Source of the DNA: an uncultured Candidatus Actinomarina sp.
GTDB taxonomy: Bacteria; Actinomycetota; Acidimicrobiia; Actinomarinales; Actinomarinaceae
Assembly: GCA_902566515.1 (NCBI GenBank)
Contig: CACFIX010000005.1
Span: forward strand, 318 to 64,317
Reading direction: 5' to 3'
DNA: 64,000 nucleotides
The notes under the pieces were generated by a model that was not told the origin of the DNA, searched no databases, and saw only the letters and a list, made by a program, of their open reading frames with translations. Made by a program: the position numbers and the translations under genes. Shown here piece by piece: positions 28,346 through 37,913 of the stretch; positions within the stretch are counted from its first letter, which is position 1, and each line of letters starts with the position of its first letter.

Positions 28346-29055
28346 TATTTTTTCTCCTTATTTTCAACTTCACTTCTTTTTCCTGAACCTTTTAGACAAG
28401 CATCCGCAATTGCTGAAGCAATTAACTCGATTGATCTAATTGCATCGTCATTTCCAGGAATAACAATTTCAACTCCTTCAGGATCTACATTTGAGTCTGC
28501 TAAACCAATAACTGGTATGCCTAATTTTTGAGCTTCAGTAATAGCCGTAGATTCATTTGAGAGATCTACAACAAAAATTGCATCCGGAAGTTTGTTTAAA
28601 TTTACAATTCCGCCAATTGATTTTGTTAGTTTTTCGATTTCTCTTTTAATCCTTAATCTTTCAGATTTTGTATATGCATTTATTTCACCAGAAGAATCTA
28701 ATGATTTTAATTCTTTTAAATAAACTACACGTTTAATAATTGTTTTAAAATTTGTAAGCATACCACCCAACCATCTAAAATTCACATAAGGCATATCAGC
28801 TCGAATTGCCTGGTCTTCAATTACTTGTTGGGCTTGTGGTTTAGTTCCTACAAATAAAACTTTTCCACTATTTGCAACTAACTTTTGTACATAATCTTGA
28901 GCTTGTTCAATAGCGTCATAAGTGATTCTAAGATCTAAAATGTGAATACCACTTTTTGCTCCATAGATAAATTTTTCCATTTTGGGATTCCATCTTTGTG
29001 TTTGATGACCAAAATGTACGCCTGCTTCAAGCAGGTCTTTCATTGTTGTACTCAA
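28345..29055 (-). CDS. rpsB: 30S ribosomal protein S2
   Basis: 236 aa. 'LLEAGVHFGHQTQRWNPKM'. TTG start with AAGGAG 5 nt upstream. Confidence 0.95.
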   Translation of the reverse strand: MSTTMKDLLEAGVHFGHQTQRWNPKMEKFIYGAKSGIHILDLRITYDAIEQAQDYVQKLVANSGKVLFVGTKPQAQQVIEDQAIRADMPYVNFRWLGGMLTNFKTIIKRVVYLKELKSLDSSGEINAYTKSERLRIKREIEKLTKSIGGIVNLNKLPDAIFVVDLSNESTAITEAQKLGIPVIGLADSNVDPEGVEIVIPGNDDAIRSIELIASAIADACLKGSGKRSEVENKEKK

Positions 29056-29181
29056 TTTTTCTCCTTTGGTTAATTCATCCCATATTCCTTGCCTAAGCGG
29101 TTTCCAAACTTTCGTTCACCGAGGAAACTTGCAAATATGGTGTCTATTTTCATAAGAATTCTAATATCAAAAAGATATTAT

Positions 29182-30051
29182 TCAACCCCTCGGATGAGAT
29201 TGTTTGTATTTTTTTTGTAGTTGCTTTTTAGATACATGAGTATATATTTGCGTTGTACTAGGGTCATTATGACCAAGAAGTTCTTGAACTATCCTCAAAT
29301 CAGCACCACCCTCTAATAAATGTGTAGCAAAAGTATGCCTTATGCTATGTGGAAATGTTCCAGTTCTAAATTTAACAATCCTTCTAATTTCTCTGTCACT
29401 TAATTGACCCCCTCTTACACCAAGAAAAAGGTAATTTTTTGACTTGTCATTCTCAAATTTTGATCTTGAAATTTCAATATATTTTTTTATAGAGACATAT
29501 GCTCTTTTGGTCATAGGTAAAACTCTCTCTTTGCTCCCCTTACCTAAAACTCTTAAGGAATTATTTTTGTTAATGCTGGTTAAGGTTAAATTTGAGACTT
29601 CACTGACTCTAAGTCCAGATGAATACATTAATTCTAAAATTGCTTTATCTCTTACATCTTTTTGAGAAGATTCAGGAAGGCTGTCTAAGAGTCTATTTAT
29701 ATATGATGAAGTTAAAACATTTGGTAGTTTTTTTTCTACTTTTAGATTATTTACAATTTTTATTTGGTTTTGATTAAAGTAATCATTAGCAACAGCCCAA
29801 GATAAGAAAATTCTGATTGAAGTGATTTTACGATTAATAGAAGTTTTTGAATATCTATTTTTGTTTAAATGTTTTAGATAACTTGAAAATTCTCCAATAC
29901 TATCTGTATTTTCAAAATAATGTTTAATGTCAGAGCTGTATGATTTGATTGTATTTTGTGAATAATTTTTTACATTATTGATATATATTAAATATTCTTC
30001 AAGTACTTTTTTTCTATCCGATTGATTATTTAGATTCAAGTCTTTTCTCAA
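29182..30051 (-). CDS. xerC: Tyrosine recombinase XerC/XerD family
   Basis: 289 aa. 'SGLRVSEV', '[12 protein letters not shown]', '[16 protein letters not shown]'. It occupies the position near rpsB that xerC holds in actinobacteria. Confidence 0.8.
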   Translation of the reverse strand: MRKDLNLNNQSDRKKVLEEYLIYINNVKNYSQNTIKSYSSDIKHYFENTDSIGEFSSYLKHLNKNRYSKTSINRKITSIRIFLSWAVANDYFNQNQIKIVNNLKVEKKLPNVLTSSYINRLLDSLPESSQKDVRDKAILELMYSSGLRVSEVSNLTLTSINKNNSLRVLGKGSKERVLPMTKRAYVSIKKYIEISRSKFENDKSKNYLFLGVRGGQLSDREIRRIVKFRTGTFPHSIRHTFATHLLEGGADLRIVQELLGHNDPSTTQIYTHVSKKQLQKKYKQSHPRG

Positions 30052-30781
30052 GCCTTCTCTGTAGTCCTGACAGTATCAAAGTTATTATTAAATATAAAAC
30101 AGTAAGTACAAGATATGTTTCAGCAAATCTAAATGTACTTCCTGAATACAATCTCCCTCTGTAGGTCAAATCTTCAACAGCTAAAACTGATAACAAAGAA
30201 GAGTCTTTCATCATTGATATAAAGTCATTTCCTAAGGCTGGAAGCATATTTCTAAAAGCTTGAGGTAAAACTATAAATCTCATAACTTGCCTGTCTGTTA
30301 AACCAAGAGATGCTCCACCCTCTCTTTGACCTACAGGTACAGATTCTATACCTGCTCTAAAAACTTCAGCAATATATGCACCGTAAAATACAGATAAAGC
30401 AATTATTGCTCTTACAAGCATAGGAACATTACCATTGTTTATGTTGAAGAATTCAGCACCTCTTACAACTACTACAAATGCAATAGTAAAAATTAAAATT
30501 AGAACAGGTACGCCTCTTATAAACTCTATGTAAGTTCTAGAAATTGTACTTGCAATTCTATTTTTAGATATTCGCCCTATTCCTGATATCAATCCTAAAA
30601 ATAATGCAATAAAAAATGAAACAATTGTTGATAAAAAGGTTATAGATAGTCCAGGAAGAATAAAATTAAATGCTTTGTTATATTCTGGATTAGAAATAAT
30701 AACATAAATCATCCAAGAAATGATTCCAATCAATATCAGCAACCACCAATTGTCTGGTTTGAATAAATTTTTAATTTTCAT
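30026..30781 (-). CDS. Polar amino-acid ABC transporter permease (His/Glu/Gln/Arg/opine family)
   Basis: '[12 protein letters not shown]' and the EAA-like loop '[20 protein letters not shown]'. I place the start at Met11 (ATG 30781), because the longest ORF would begin inside the upstream hairpin. Confidence 0.85.
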   Translation of the reverse strand: MKIKNLFKPDNWWLLILIGIISWMIYVIISNPEYNKAFNFILPGLSITFLSTIVSFFIALFLGLISGIGRISKNRIASTISRTYIEFIRGVPVLILIFTIAFVVVVRGAEFFNINNGNVPMLVRAIIALSVFYGAYIAEVFRAGIESVPVGQREGGASLGLTDRQVMRFIVLPQAFRNMLPALGNDFISMMKDSSLLSVLAVEDLTYRGRLYSGSTFRFAETYLVLTVLYLIITLILSGLQRRLEKRLESK

Positions 30782-30802
30782 GTATTTTTCTAATAATAAA
30801 GC

Positions 30803-30828
30803 AATAGGCACGGATTTCCGTGCCTATT
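30803..30828 (-). terminator. Intercistronic GC-rich hairpin between the binding-protein and permease genes (partial terminator or mRNA stabiliser)
   Basis: AATAGGCACGGA/TCCGTGCCTATT inverted repeat. On the minus strand it is followed by GCUUUAUUAUU. Confidence 0.55.
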
Positions 30829-30857
30829 ACAAATTTATATATAAATAAATTATTTAT

Positions 30858-31742
30858 TTATACGTCACAATCCTCAGGAAGATATTCAGCAGGAATGTTT
30901 TCATCACACTCAGCTATATCATCATAAGTAACTGTAAAATCTGGTGAGAAGAACTTTGCATTTATTTCTGCAAGTTTTCCACTTTTTTCCATAGCTGCAA
31001 GGCCTTGATTAACAACATCTACTAACGGGCTTCCATTAGGAAATGCGAAACCTAGTTGTTCAGATGTTAAATCTCCACCAACCAATTTAACTTGATCTTT
31101 ATTTGCACCCATATATCCTAAACCAGCAGTCTCGTCAATAATGGACGCATCTGCATCGCCAGAGATAACAGCTTGGATAGCAAAGTTAAAATCATCAAAT
31201 GCTTTAACTTTGTCTTCCCCTAATTCAGAAACTGCAAACTCATAGTTTGTAGTTCCTTTTTGAGTTGCAACTGTATAGTCTCCATTTTTAAGATCATCAA
31301 TACTTGTAATTTCGTCATTACCTACTGCTACAAGTACTCTTTGGGCAAGATTGATATAACCATTAGAAAAGTCAATGATTTCATCTCTCTCTGCTGTAAT
31401 TGTGATACCATCACCAGCAATCATAAATTGTCCATCAGCTACAGCCTGTATCATTCCATCCCAAGCTGCCGGTACATAAACAGGAACGAAATTCATTAGT
31501 TCGCCCATATGATTAAATACATCATAGTCCCAGCCTTTAGCTTCACCATCAGCTGCATCAATATAATTGAATGGTAAATATGCATTCTCTACAGCAAATG
31601 TAAATTCACAACCACCTAAATCAGGTAATCCGTTTTCTCCTGTTGTAATTTCTACTTCATCACATGGAGTTGCAGCGGTTGAACAAGCAGCAGCTACCAA
31701 TGCTAAAACAAAAATTAAAAGGAGTGATTTTCTAGTTTTCAC
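30858..31742 (-). CDS. Amino-acid ABC transporter substrate-binding lipoprotein
   Basis: 294 aa. Lipobox 'LVAAAC|S' and an SBP family-3-like core ('FAVENAYLPFNY', 'MIAGDGITIT'). GTG start with GGAGG upstream. Confidence 0.8.
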   Translation of the reverse strand: MKTRKSLLLIFVLALVAAACSTAATPCDEVEITTGENGLPDLGGCEFTFAVENAYLPFNYIDAADGEAKGWDYDVFNHMGELMNFVPVYVPAAWDGMIQAVADGQFMIAGDGITITAERDEIIDFSNGYINLAQRVLVAVGNDEITSIDDLKNGDYTVATQKGTTNYEFAVSELGEDKVKAFDDFNFAIQAVISGDADASIIDETAGLGYMGANKDQVKLVGGDLTSEQLGFAFPNGSPLVDVVNQGLAAMEKSGKLAEINAKFFSPDFTVTYDDIAECDENIPAEYLPEDCDV

Positions 31743-31816
31743 TTAGTAAACCTCCAATTTCTTAAGTACAAATTATTGCATAAAAATTCACTTATATGTA
31801 TATTTATGCAAATATT

Positions 31817-32572
31817 TTATTCATCTAATGTATTTTTATAATTTGGTTGTCTCTTTTCAAAAAAGGCATTCATACCTTCAATTACATCTGAATGCTGAAA
31901 CCTGCTATTTTGATTAATTGTTTCGTTAGCTATCGATTTTTCAAATGTTAAATCTAGACCGTCTTTAATTTGTTGTTTAACCATACATATAGATATGAAA
32001 CTTTGTTTATTTAGATTTTCAATTAAATTTTTAAATTCAGTATCCATGTTTTCAGCATTTGTTAGCTTGTAAAGGACGCCTAATCTATCTAATTCCTCCC
32101 CATTGATTTCATTGGATGTCATCATTAATTCTTTAGCCTTTTGAATACCTATTATTCTTGGCAATACCCATGATCCCCCGAAATCAACAACCAATCCCCT
32201 TCTGACAAAAACTTCAATAAACCTTGTCTGTGGGGTAGCAATAATAAAATCGCTAATAAGCATCATATTTGCTCCAGCACCTGCAGCAATTCCATCAACT
32301 AGAGAAATTATTGGTTTTTTGCAATTCCACAATTTTATAGCTGCTTTAGAGACATCATCCATAAGAGCATTTACTGTCTCTCCTAATTGAGCGCCAGCAG
32401 AATAATTTCCATTGATGTGTTTAATTACCAGATACTTTTGGTCACTATTTTCAAAAGAATCTATTTCTTCTTGCAATTTAATCCAGTCATCAGCACCGAT
32501 TGCATTCATTGCATTTTCATCATTAAATTGTAAAAATTTAATCTCATTTACAATATTCGATTCAAGTGTCAT
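31817..32572 (-). CDS. Enoyl-CoA hydratase/isomerase (crotonase) family protein
   Basis: 251 aa. 'SLVDGIAAGAGANMMLISDF'. Confidence 0.8.
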   Translation of the reverse strand: MTLESNIVNEIKFLQFNDENAMNAIGADDWIKLQEEIDSFENSDQKYLVIKHINGNYSAGAQLGETVNALMDDVSKAAIKLWNCKKPIISLVDGIAAGAGANMMLISDFIIATPQTRFIEVFVRRGLVVDFGGSWVLPRIIGIQKAKELMMTSNEINGEELDRLGVLYKLTNAENMDTEFKNLIENLNKQSFISICMVKQQIKDGLDLTFEKSIANETINQNSRFQHSDVIEGMNAFFEKRQPNYKNTLDE

Positions 32573-32698
32573 ATCTAGAAGTTTAATACAAATCTATTTA
32601 GAATGTATGTATGGGATTTGATCCGAATAAACCTTACAAAGCAAATAAGACAGACTATCTGAATATAGTTGCAGCTCTTTTTCTAACAATTATTGTTG

Positions 32699-33286
32699 TT
32701 ATTTGGGCATTAAATTAAAAGATTTACGATGGACATCTGAAAGCCCATATTTTTTTATAGCTAATCTATGCTCTTTAGTTCCATAACCTTTATTTTTTTC
32801 AAATGCATATCTGTTATATTTATTTGATATTTCAATCATGAAATTATCTCTAAGAACTTTTGCGATAATACTTGCTAGAGCAATTGGCCTACAATTATCT
32901 TCACCCCTGATGAGTGAAATAGCATTAAATTTGGAAATCTTAAAATGATCAACATATACAATATCTCCGTCTTGAAATATTGAAGAAATAGAATCTTCTA
33001 AAACTTTTTCATTTGCAAGCTTAATTCCATAAAGATCAATAAATTCATTATCACGTTCTACATACGAATATTCAATTTCACTTTCATGAACTAATTCAAA
33101 TATCTGATTTCTTTTTTTTGGTGATAACTTTTTTGAATCTTTAACGTCAAGTAATAAATCTATATGTTCGTAATTGATTCTTACGGAAGCTGCTCCAATT
33201 GGTCCAGCAAAAGAACCCCTTCCAACTTCATCACTTCCGATGATGTATGTACTTGGATTGTTGTTCCAAATTTTATCTTCAATCAT
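32699..33286 (-). CDS. rnhB: Ribonuclease HII
   Basis: 195 aa. 'GSDEVGRGSFAGPI', 'DSKKLS' and 'SIIAK'. Confidence 0.9.
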   Translation of the reverse strand: MIEDKIWNNNPSTYIIGSDEVGRGSFAGPIGAASVRINYEHIDLLLDVKDSKKLSPKKRNQIFELVHESEIEYSYVERDNEFIDLYGIKLANEKVLEDSISSIFQDGDIVYVDHFKISKFNAISLIRGEDNCRPIALASIIAKVLRDNFMIEISNKYNRYAFEKNKGYGTKEHRLAIKKYGLSDVHRKSFNLMPK

Positions 33287-33869
33287 CTAATTTTTTAAAG
33301 TTTTCTAATGGATAAATCAAATGAGTAGCTTTGCCAATAATATTTCTCATAGGAATAGTTCCAATATATCTTGAGTCTTGACTGTTTGGTCTATTGTCCC
33401 CCAATACAAAAATTTCGTTTTCAGGAATTAAAAATGTTTCTCTCTTGAAGTTCACTCCTTCATCAATATCAAATATTGTGAATCTTGAATTATTTACGAA
33501 AACTTCCCCATTTTCTAAGATTTCAACTGTATCGCCTCCTACTCCAACCACTCTTTTAATAATCGCAGTATTTTTTTGAGAATCTAGATCGCTTATTTTC
33601 CAGATTTGTAACCCATCTATATATTCTTGAAAGAAACTAATAGAATGTTCTGAGTCATTATTGTAAAAAACTACAATATCGCCGCTAGCGATATCTAATT
33701 GCATAATTGTATCTTTAACTACAAGGACTCGATCATCTATTTTTAATGTAGGTTCCATTGATGTTGACGGAATATAATATATCTGAATTAACAATGTTCT
33801 TACTAATGTAGCTACAAGAACAGCTAAAACGATTGTCGAAATTAATTTAAGTAGTTTTTTGATAATAAT
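33279..33869 (-). CDS. lepB: Signal peptidase I; the start codon is uncertain
   Basis: 'IPSTSMEPTL' (Ser), 'IKRVVGVGGD' (Lys) and 'GDNRPNSQDSR'. The TM anchor KKLLKLISTIVLAVLVATLV is encoded in frame upstream of the first canonical start (TTG 33794). The only codons preceding it are ATT/ATT/ATC. Confidence 0.8.
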   Translation of the reverse strand: MIIKKLLKLISTIVLAVLVATLVRTLLIQIYYIPSTSMEPTLKIDDRVLVVKDTIMQLDIASGDIVVFYNNDSEHSISFFQEYIDGLQIWKISDLDSQKNTAIIKRVVGVGGDTVEILENGEVFVNNSRFTIFDIDEGVNFKRETFLIPENEIFVLGDNRPNSQDSRYIGTIPMRNIIGKATHLIYPLENFKKLDD

Positions 33870-33883
33870 TTAATAATAATTAG

Positions 33884-34234
33884 TTAATTACGATCTTCTT
33901 TAATTTTTGCAGATTTACCTACTCGATCACGAAGATAATAAAGTTTTGAGCGTCTTACTTTACCTTTTCTAACTACTTCTAAGGAATCAACAATAGGTGC
34001 ATGTACAGGAAATATTCTTTCTACACCAACACCAAATGATAATTTTCGAACTGTAATAGTCTTGTTAATACCAACACCGTTGATGGCTATAATAACTCCT
34101 TCAAATGTTTGAATTCTCTCTCTATTTCCTTCAGAGACTTTAACATTAACCTTTACAGTGTCCCCAGATTTGAATTCTGGTAAATCTTCTTTTAAATAAT
34201 CTTTTTCAATGTTTTCGATTAGATCCATAATCAC
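33884..34234 (-). CDS. rplS: 50S ribosomal protein L19
   Basis: 116 aa. '[30 protein letters not shown]'. Confidence 0.95.
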   Translation of the reverse strand: MIMDLIENIEKDYLKEDLPEFKSGDTVKVNVKVSEGNRERIQTFEGVIIAINGVGINKTITVRKLSFGVGVERIFPVHAPIVDSLEVVRKGKVRRSKLYYLRDRVGKSAKIKEDRN

Positions 34235-34265
34235 TCCAAAAATAAATTATATAAGTAAATAGACT

Positions 34266-34901
34266 TTATATGTCTTTTAAATTATTCTTTTTCCACTCTT
34301 CGATGTCTTTATGGTTACCAGACAGCAAAACTTCAGGTACAGACAGATTTTTAAATGTTTCGGGCCTTGTATATACAGGAAAGTCATATTTGTTGTCATT
34401 AAATGTTTCATACTTTAATGAATCTGGATTTCCTAATACGCCCGGAATCCTTCTTATTAAAGCTTCGAGCAAATACATCGCTGGAACTTCACCTCCAGAA
34501 ATGACGGTGTGTCCAATAGAAACTTCATAATCTGAATGGATATCCAGGATTCTTTGATCAAAACCTTCATATCTGCCTGCAATTAGATTTATGGACTTAA
34601 ATGATAATAATTCAATTAATAGAGTTTCATCCAACTGCTCCCCTGATGGTGTTAGAAAAACATTAATTTCTGAATTTGAAGAGTTAATCGCATTGTCTAA
34701 TGGCTCAGGCATTAATACCATTCCAGGTCCCCCGCCATATGGAGCATCATCTACTTGTTTATATTCTCCAATTCCAAATTCCCTTAAGTTTGTAGTTTGA
34801 ATATTTACCAACTGATTTTTAATAGCTTGTCTCACAATGCCTATATTTTTCCACTCCTCAATTAAATTAGGGAATAGTGTAATGACATTATATGTATTCA
34901 T
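34266..34901 (-). CDS. trmD: tRNA (guanine37-N1)-methyltransferase
   Basis: 211 aa. 'DDAPYGGGPGMVL', 'GRYEGFDQR' and 'SIGHTVISGGE'. The ATG overlaps the cofH stop (ATGA). Confidence 0.9.
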   Translation of the reverse strand: MNTYNVITLFPNLIEEWKNIGIVRQAIKNQLVNIQTTNLREFGIGEYKQVDDAPYGGGPGMVLMPEPLDNAINSSNSEINVFLTPSGEQLDETLLIELLSFKSINLIAGRYEGFDQRILDIHSDYEVSIGHTVISGGEVPAMYLLEALIRRIPGVLGNPDSLKYETFNDNKYDFPVYTRPETFKNLSVPEVLLSGNHKDIEEWKKNNLKDI

Positions 34902-36733
34902 GAATATTGGATTAAAGTTTTAGGATTTTTAAAATCTGTATAAAGAGTGTTTCTTAAAACAGGTGTTTTATTACAGTTTTCAATTAGGTCTATAAATTGC
35001 TGCTCCGTAGTTTCTTGACCATGGTTGGCTCCAGAAGCTCTACTAATATTTTCATTAATTAATGTACCTCCTAAATCATTTACACCTGCATCTAATAATT
35101 TACCAGCACCATCATGCCCTAGCTTCACCCAGCTTGCCTGTATATTATTAATTACATTTGTAAAATATATTCGAGCAAGTGAATGAATTAGAACAACTTC
35201 ATCCCATGTAGGACCTCGCATGCTTTTTCCTTGCAAATAAATTGGAGATCCCATATGTACAAAAGGTAGGGGTACAACTTCTGTAAAACCCCCAGTTTTT
35301 AACTGGATATTCTTTATAAGCGAGAAATGATTTACCCATGACTCTACATCATCAATATGTCCAAACATGATTGTTGCTGTAGACTTCATTCCTAAACCGT
35401 GAGCTACTTCCATCACATATGCCCATTGAGATGACGTTATCTTATCTGGACACAAATATTTTCGGACTCTATCATCTAATATTTCAGCTGCAGTTCCTGG
35501 TAATGTATTCAGACCAGCATCAAAAAGAAGTTTTAAATAATCTTCAATACTCAAATTTATTGTCTCAGCACCTTGCCATATTTCTAAAGGTGTAAAACCA
35601 TGAATGTGTATTTCTGGTATTGATTGTTTTATTTCCCTTACCATATTTAAATAAAATTCACCTGTGTAATCAGGATGTATTCCTCCTTGTAAACATACTT
35701 CGGAAGCTCCCATTTCAAAAGCCTCAACGGTTCTATCTACTACCTCTTTTATATCAATAGAATATGGTTTTTCTTTAAGATTTAAACTTTTTGGACCTTT
35801 TGAGAATCCACAGAAACCACATTTGTAATAGCATTGATTTGTATAGTTAATATTCCTATTTTTAACAAAAGTTACTTTGTTGCCATTTTTTAGGAAATTT
35901 AATTGATTTGCAACATCAGCGATATCATTTATTTTTTCACCAGCAGTATTAAATAAAAGATTTAATTCATCATCATTAATTTGATAACCATTTAATACAT
36001 TATTTAGAATCTCATCTATACCGTAATGATTTATTTGGCTTTTATTGTTATATACAAAATTGTTTAACTGAGGTATATCTTTTCCGCTACCAGGAAACCA
36101 ATCGGTTTTCTCTCTTCTAAATCCTCTTACGTTTCTTGTGTTTAAATATCTAAAGAAACGCTCTTTACTGAATTCTTTCCTTGCTTCATCAATTGAAAAA
36201 ACTGGAGATAGTAATGTTCTCTCGTAAAAATTAAAACCTTGAATACTTTGTAATTCATCAATTTGTGCTGAACTCCAATCTCTCAGCAACAAATCAGAAA
36301 TTCCATTTTTAATGTAGCCAAGTGCTTCGTCAATAGTGTTTACGTATGCTGTTGTTATAAATTTAGTTTTTGTGTTTATTCCTTGTAAAAAATTTATGTC
36401 TAAAGGATCTGATACCAATACAGTGTAGGGCTTCAATCTATCTATAACTTCAAGTGAAATTTCTTTGTTATTTTTAAAATCATAAACAATTCTTTTGGGA
36501 TTTATATCCTTAAAGTCTTCCCAATTATTATCCTTAATTATCCAACAATCAGAATCTACTGATACATCTTTGGACAAAGTTTGAAAATCTTTTTTATGTA
36601 TTTCACTAATATCAAGATCTAATTCACTTTTAATTAAAAAAGCAGATGTGCCCTCTTTTCGTCTAGAATTTAGATAGATTTCATTATTGTTATCGCAGGG
36701 TCTTATTCTTAAAAAAGAAATATTTTCATTCAT
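34898..36733 (-). CDS. cofH: F0 synthase subunit CofH (FbiC C-terminal half) with an N-terminal extension of about 235 aa
   Basis: Radical-SAM 'NQCYYKCGFCGF', 'CLQGGIHPD' and 'GVNDLGGTLINENISRASG'. I place the start at ATG 36733, which overlaps the cofG stop by 8 nt. The longest ORF runs to 36796. Confidence 0.85.
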   Translation of the reverse strand: MNENISFLRIRPCDNNNEIYLNSRRKEGTSAFLIKSELDLDISEIHKKDFQTLSKDVSVDSDCWIIKDNNWEDFKDINPKRIVYDFKNNKEISLEVIDRLKPYTVLVSDPLDINFLQGINTKTKFITTAYVNTIDEALGYIKNGISDLLLRDWSSAQIDELQSIQGFNFYERTLLSPVFSIDEARKEFSKERFFRYLNTRNVRGFRREKTDWFPGSGKDIPQLNNFVYNNKSQINHYGIDEILNNVLNGYQINDDELNLLFNTAGEKINDIADVANQLNFLKNGNKVTFVKNRNINYTNQCYYKCGFCGFSKGPKSLNLKEKPYSIDIKEVVDRTVEAFEMGASEVCLQGGIHPDYTGEFYLNMVREIKQSIPEIHIHGFTPLEIWQGAETINLSIEDYLKLLFDAGLNTLPGTAAEILDDRVRKYLCPDKITSSQWAYVMEVAHGLGMKSTATIMFGHIDDVESWVNHFSLIKNIQLKTGGFTEVVPLPFVHMGSPIYLQGKSMRGPTWDEVVLIHSLARIYFTNVINNIQASWVKLGHDGAGKLLDAGVNDLGGTLINENISRASGANHGQETTEQQFIDLIENCNKTPVLRNTLYTDFKNPKTLIQYS

Positions 36734-37844
36734 GTGAGTCTTTTGGGTAACCATCTGTATCAATAATATTATTAACTTTTTCAAAAATTTCGTCATTTAA
36801 CCATTCTTTTTTTATAAATTCTGGATATATTGGAAGTCTTTTTTTAAGCACTTGACCAGTTAATGAAGTATCTTTTTTTAATTTATCAATATTTGGCCAA
36901 AGGTGATCTGGATTTACCCAATCTATAGTCAATGGTGAAATTCCACCAAGATCATTTATTCCACTTTTTAGAAACAAATTTATGTCTGGCGACAAATTAG
37001 GTGGAACTTGAATTGAAATATGAGAAGGAGAATATATTCTAGTGGTAGCAATTATTCTTAAAAATAAGTCATTTGTAATTTCAGAATTATTCTTCATAAT
37101 CGTATTTTTTTTAGCTCTAAAATTTTGAAGGATAATCTCCTGAATAGCCATATTATTTTGAATTAATAAAATGATGTTTGTTATATCATCTACCACTTCA
37201 TCTTTGGTAGAAGTAAGTCCTAAAAGAAGCCCTGTAGTTACTGGGTACTTTGCTTGTAGAGCATTTTCTAGAGATTCAATTCTAAGATCGATAAATTTTG
37301 TTTGAGTTTTGTAATGAGCTTGTCCCTTATCATATATATTTTTTGAAAATGTTTCAATCATTAAGCCGCCGGATGGTGAATATTTTTTTAACTCTTTTAT
37401 TTCTTCAAAACTCATCAATCCAGGATTTGCATGTGGAAATAATTTAAACGTATCATTAACTTTTTTCATTGAACTGATCAAGTAATCATGAGTTGAAGAA
37501 AATCCAAGTTGTTCGAGTTGAGTCAACGCAAAGTCCCATTTTAATTCTGGCTTATCCCCTAATGTAAATAAAGCCTCGTAACATCCTGCTTCATCACCTG
37601 CACTTGCAATACTTAAAACTTCTTCTTCGTTTAAATATGTTCCACCTTCATTTGGTGATTTAACAAAAGTACAATATCCACAACTATCTCTACACATTGT
37701 TGTAAGTGGTATGAATACTTTTGGGCTGTAAGTTATTGTATTCCCAAAATAATGTTTTTTTCTATCGAATGCTTTAGTAAGCAAATCTTCAGTTTGTTCA
37801 GGTCCAAAAATTGAATCGTGAATATTTCTTCTTAATTCTCTCAT
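36726..37844 (-). CDS. cofG: F0 synthase subunit CofG (FbiC N-terminal half)
   Basis: 372 aa. Radical-SAM 'MCRDSCGYCTF' and 'GINDLGGISPLT'. Confidence 0.9.
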   Translation of the reverse strand: MRELRRNIHDSIFGPEQTEDLLTKAFDRKKHYFGNTITYSPKVFIPLTTMCRDSCGYCTFVKSPNEGGTYLNEEEVLSIASAGDEAGCYEALFTLGDKPELKWDFALTQLEQLGFSSTHDYLISSMKKVNDTFKLFPHANPGLMSFEEIKELKKYSPSGGLMIETFSKNIYDKGQAHYKTQTKFIDLRIESLENALQAKYPVTTGLLLGLTSTKDEVVDDITNIILLIQNNMAIQEIILQNFRAKKNTIMKNNSEITNDLFLRIIATTRIYSPSHISIQVPPNLSPDINLFLKSGINDLGGISPLTIDWVNPDHLWPNIDKLKKDTSLTGQVLKKRLPIYPEFIKKEWLNDEIFEKVNNIIDTDGYPKDSHE

Positions 37845-37913
37845 ACTTAGTGTTTTTAAGGTATATTATTAGTTGATTGTAACAACAATTAATCAATAGT
37901 TTTGTGAGGGTTG

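Noticed and set aside
29056-29181. The rpsB 5' leader, containing a 27-codon minus-strand uORF (29153 down to 29070) and a GTTTCC...GGAAAC stem
   Set aside because: The stem is only 6 bp with a 17-nt loop. The uORF has no RBS and a length that is plausible by chance. I cannot match it to a known S2 leader structure from memory, so there is not enough evidence to call a regulatory RNA.
29182-30051. Tyrosine recombinase, considered as the integrase of a mobile element or island
   Set aside because: There is no adjacent tRNA, direct repeat, excisionase or cargo genes. Composition matches the flanks. The position near rpsB-tsf is where chromosomal xerC sits in actinobacteria. It is best read as the dimer-resolution recombinase.
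31776-31813. Inverted repeat ATTGCATAA-N20-TTATGCAAA upstream of the ABC binding-protein gene
   Set aside because: The arms match at 8 of 9 positions and are AT-rich. The spacing is atypical for a dimeric operator. It could be promoter-associated, but I cannot distinguish it from chance without comparative data.
36726-36796. The 71-nt overlap between the 372-aa and 632-aa ORFs, considered as evidence of a frameshifted fbiC pseudogene
   Set aside because: An ATG at 36733 overlaps the cofG stop by only 8 nt (CATGAATGA), a normal coupling arrangement in this window. Both halves have intact radical-SAM motifs and full length. A sequencing frameshift cannot be excluded without reads, so the split is reported as a finding rather than as a pseudogene.
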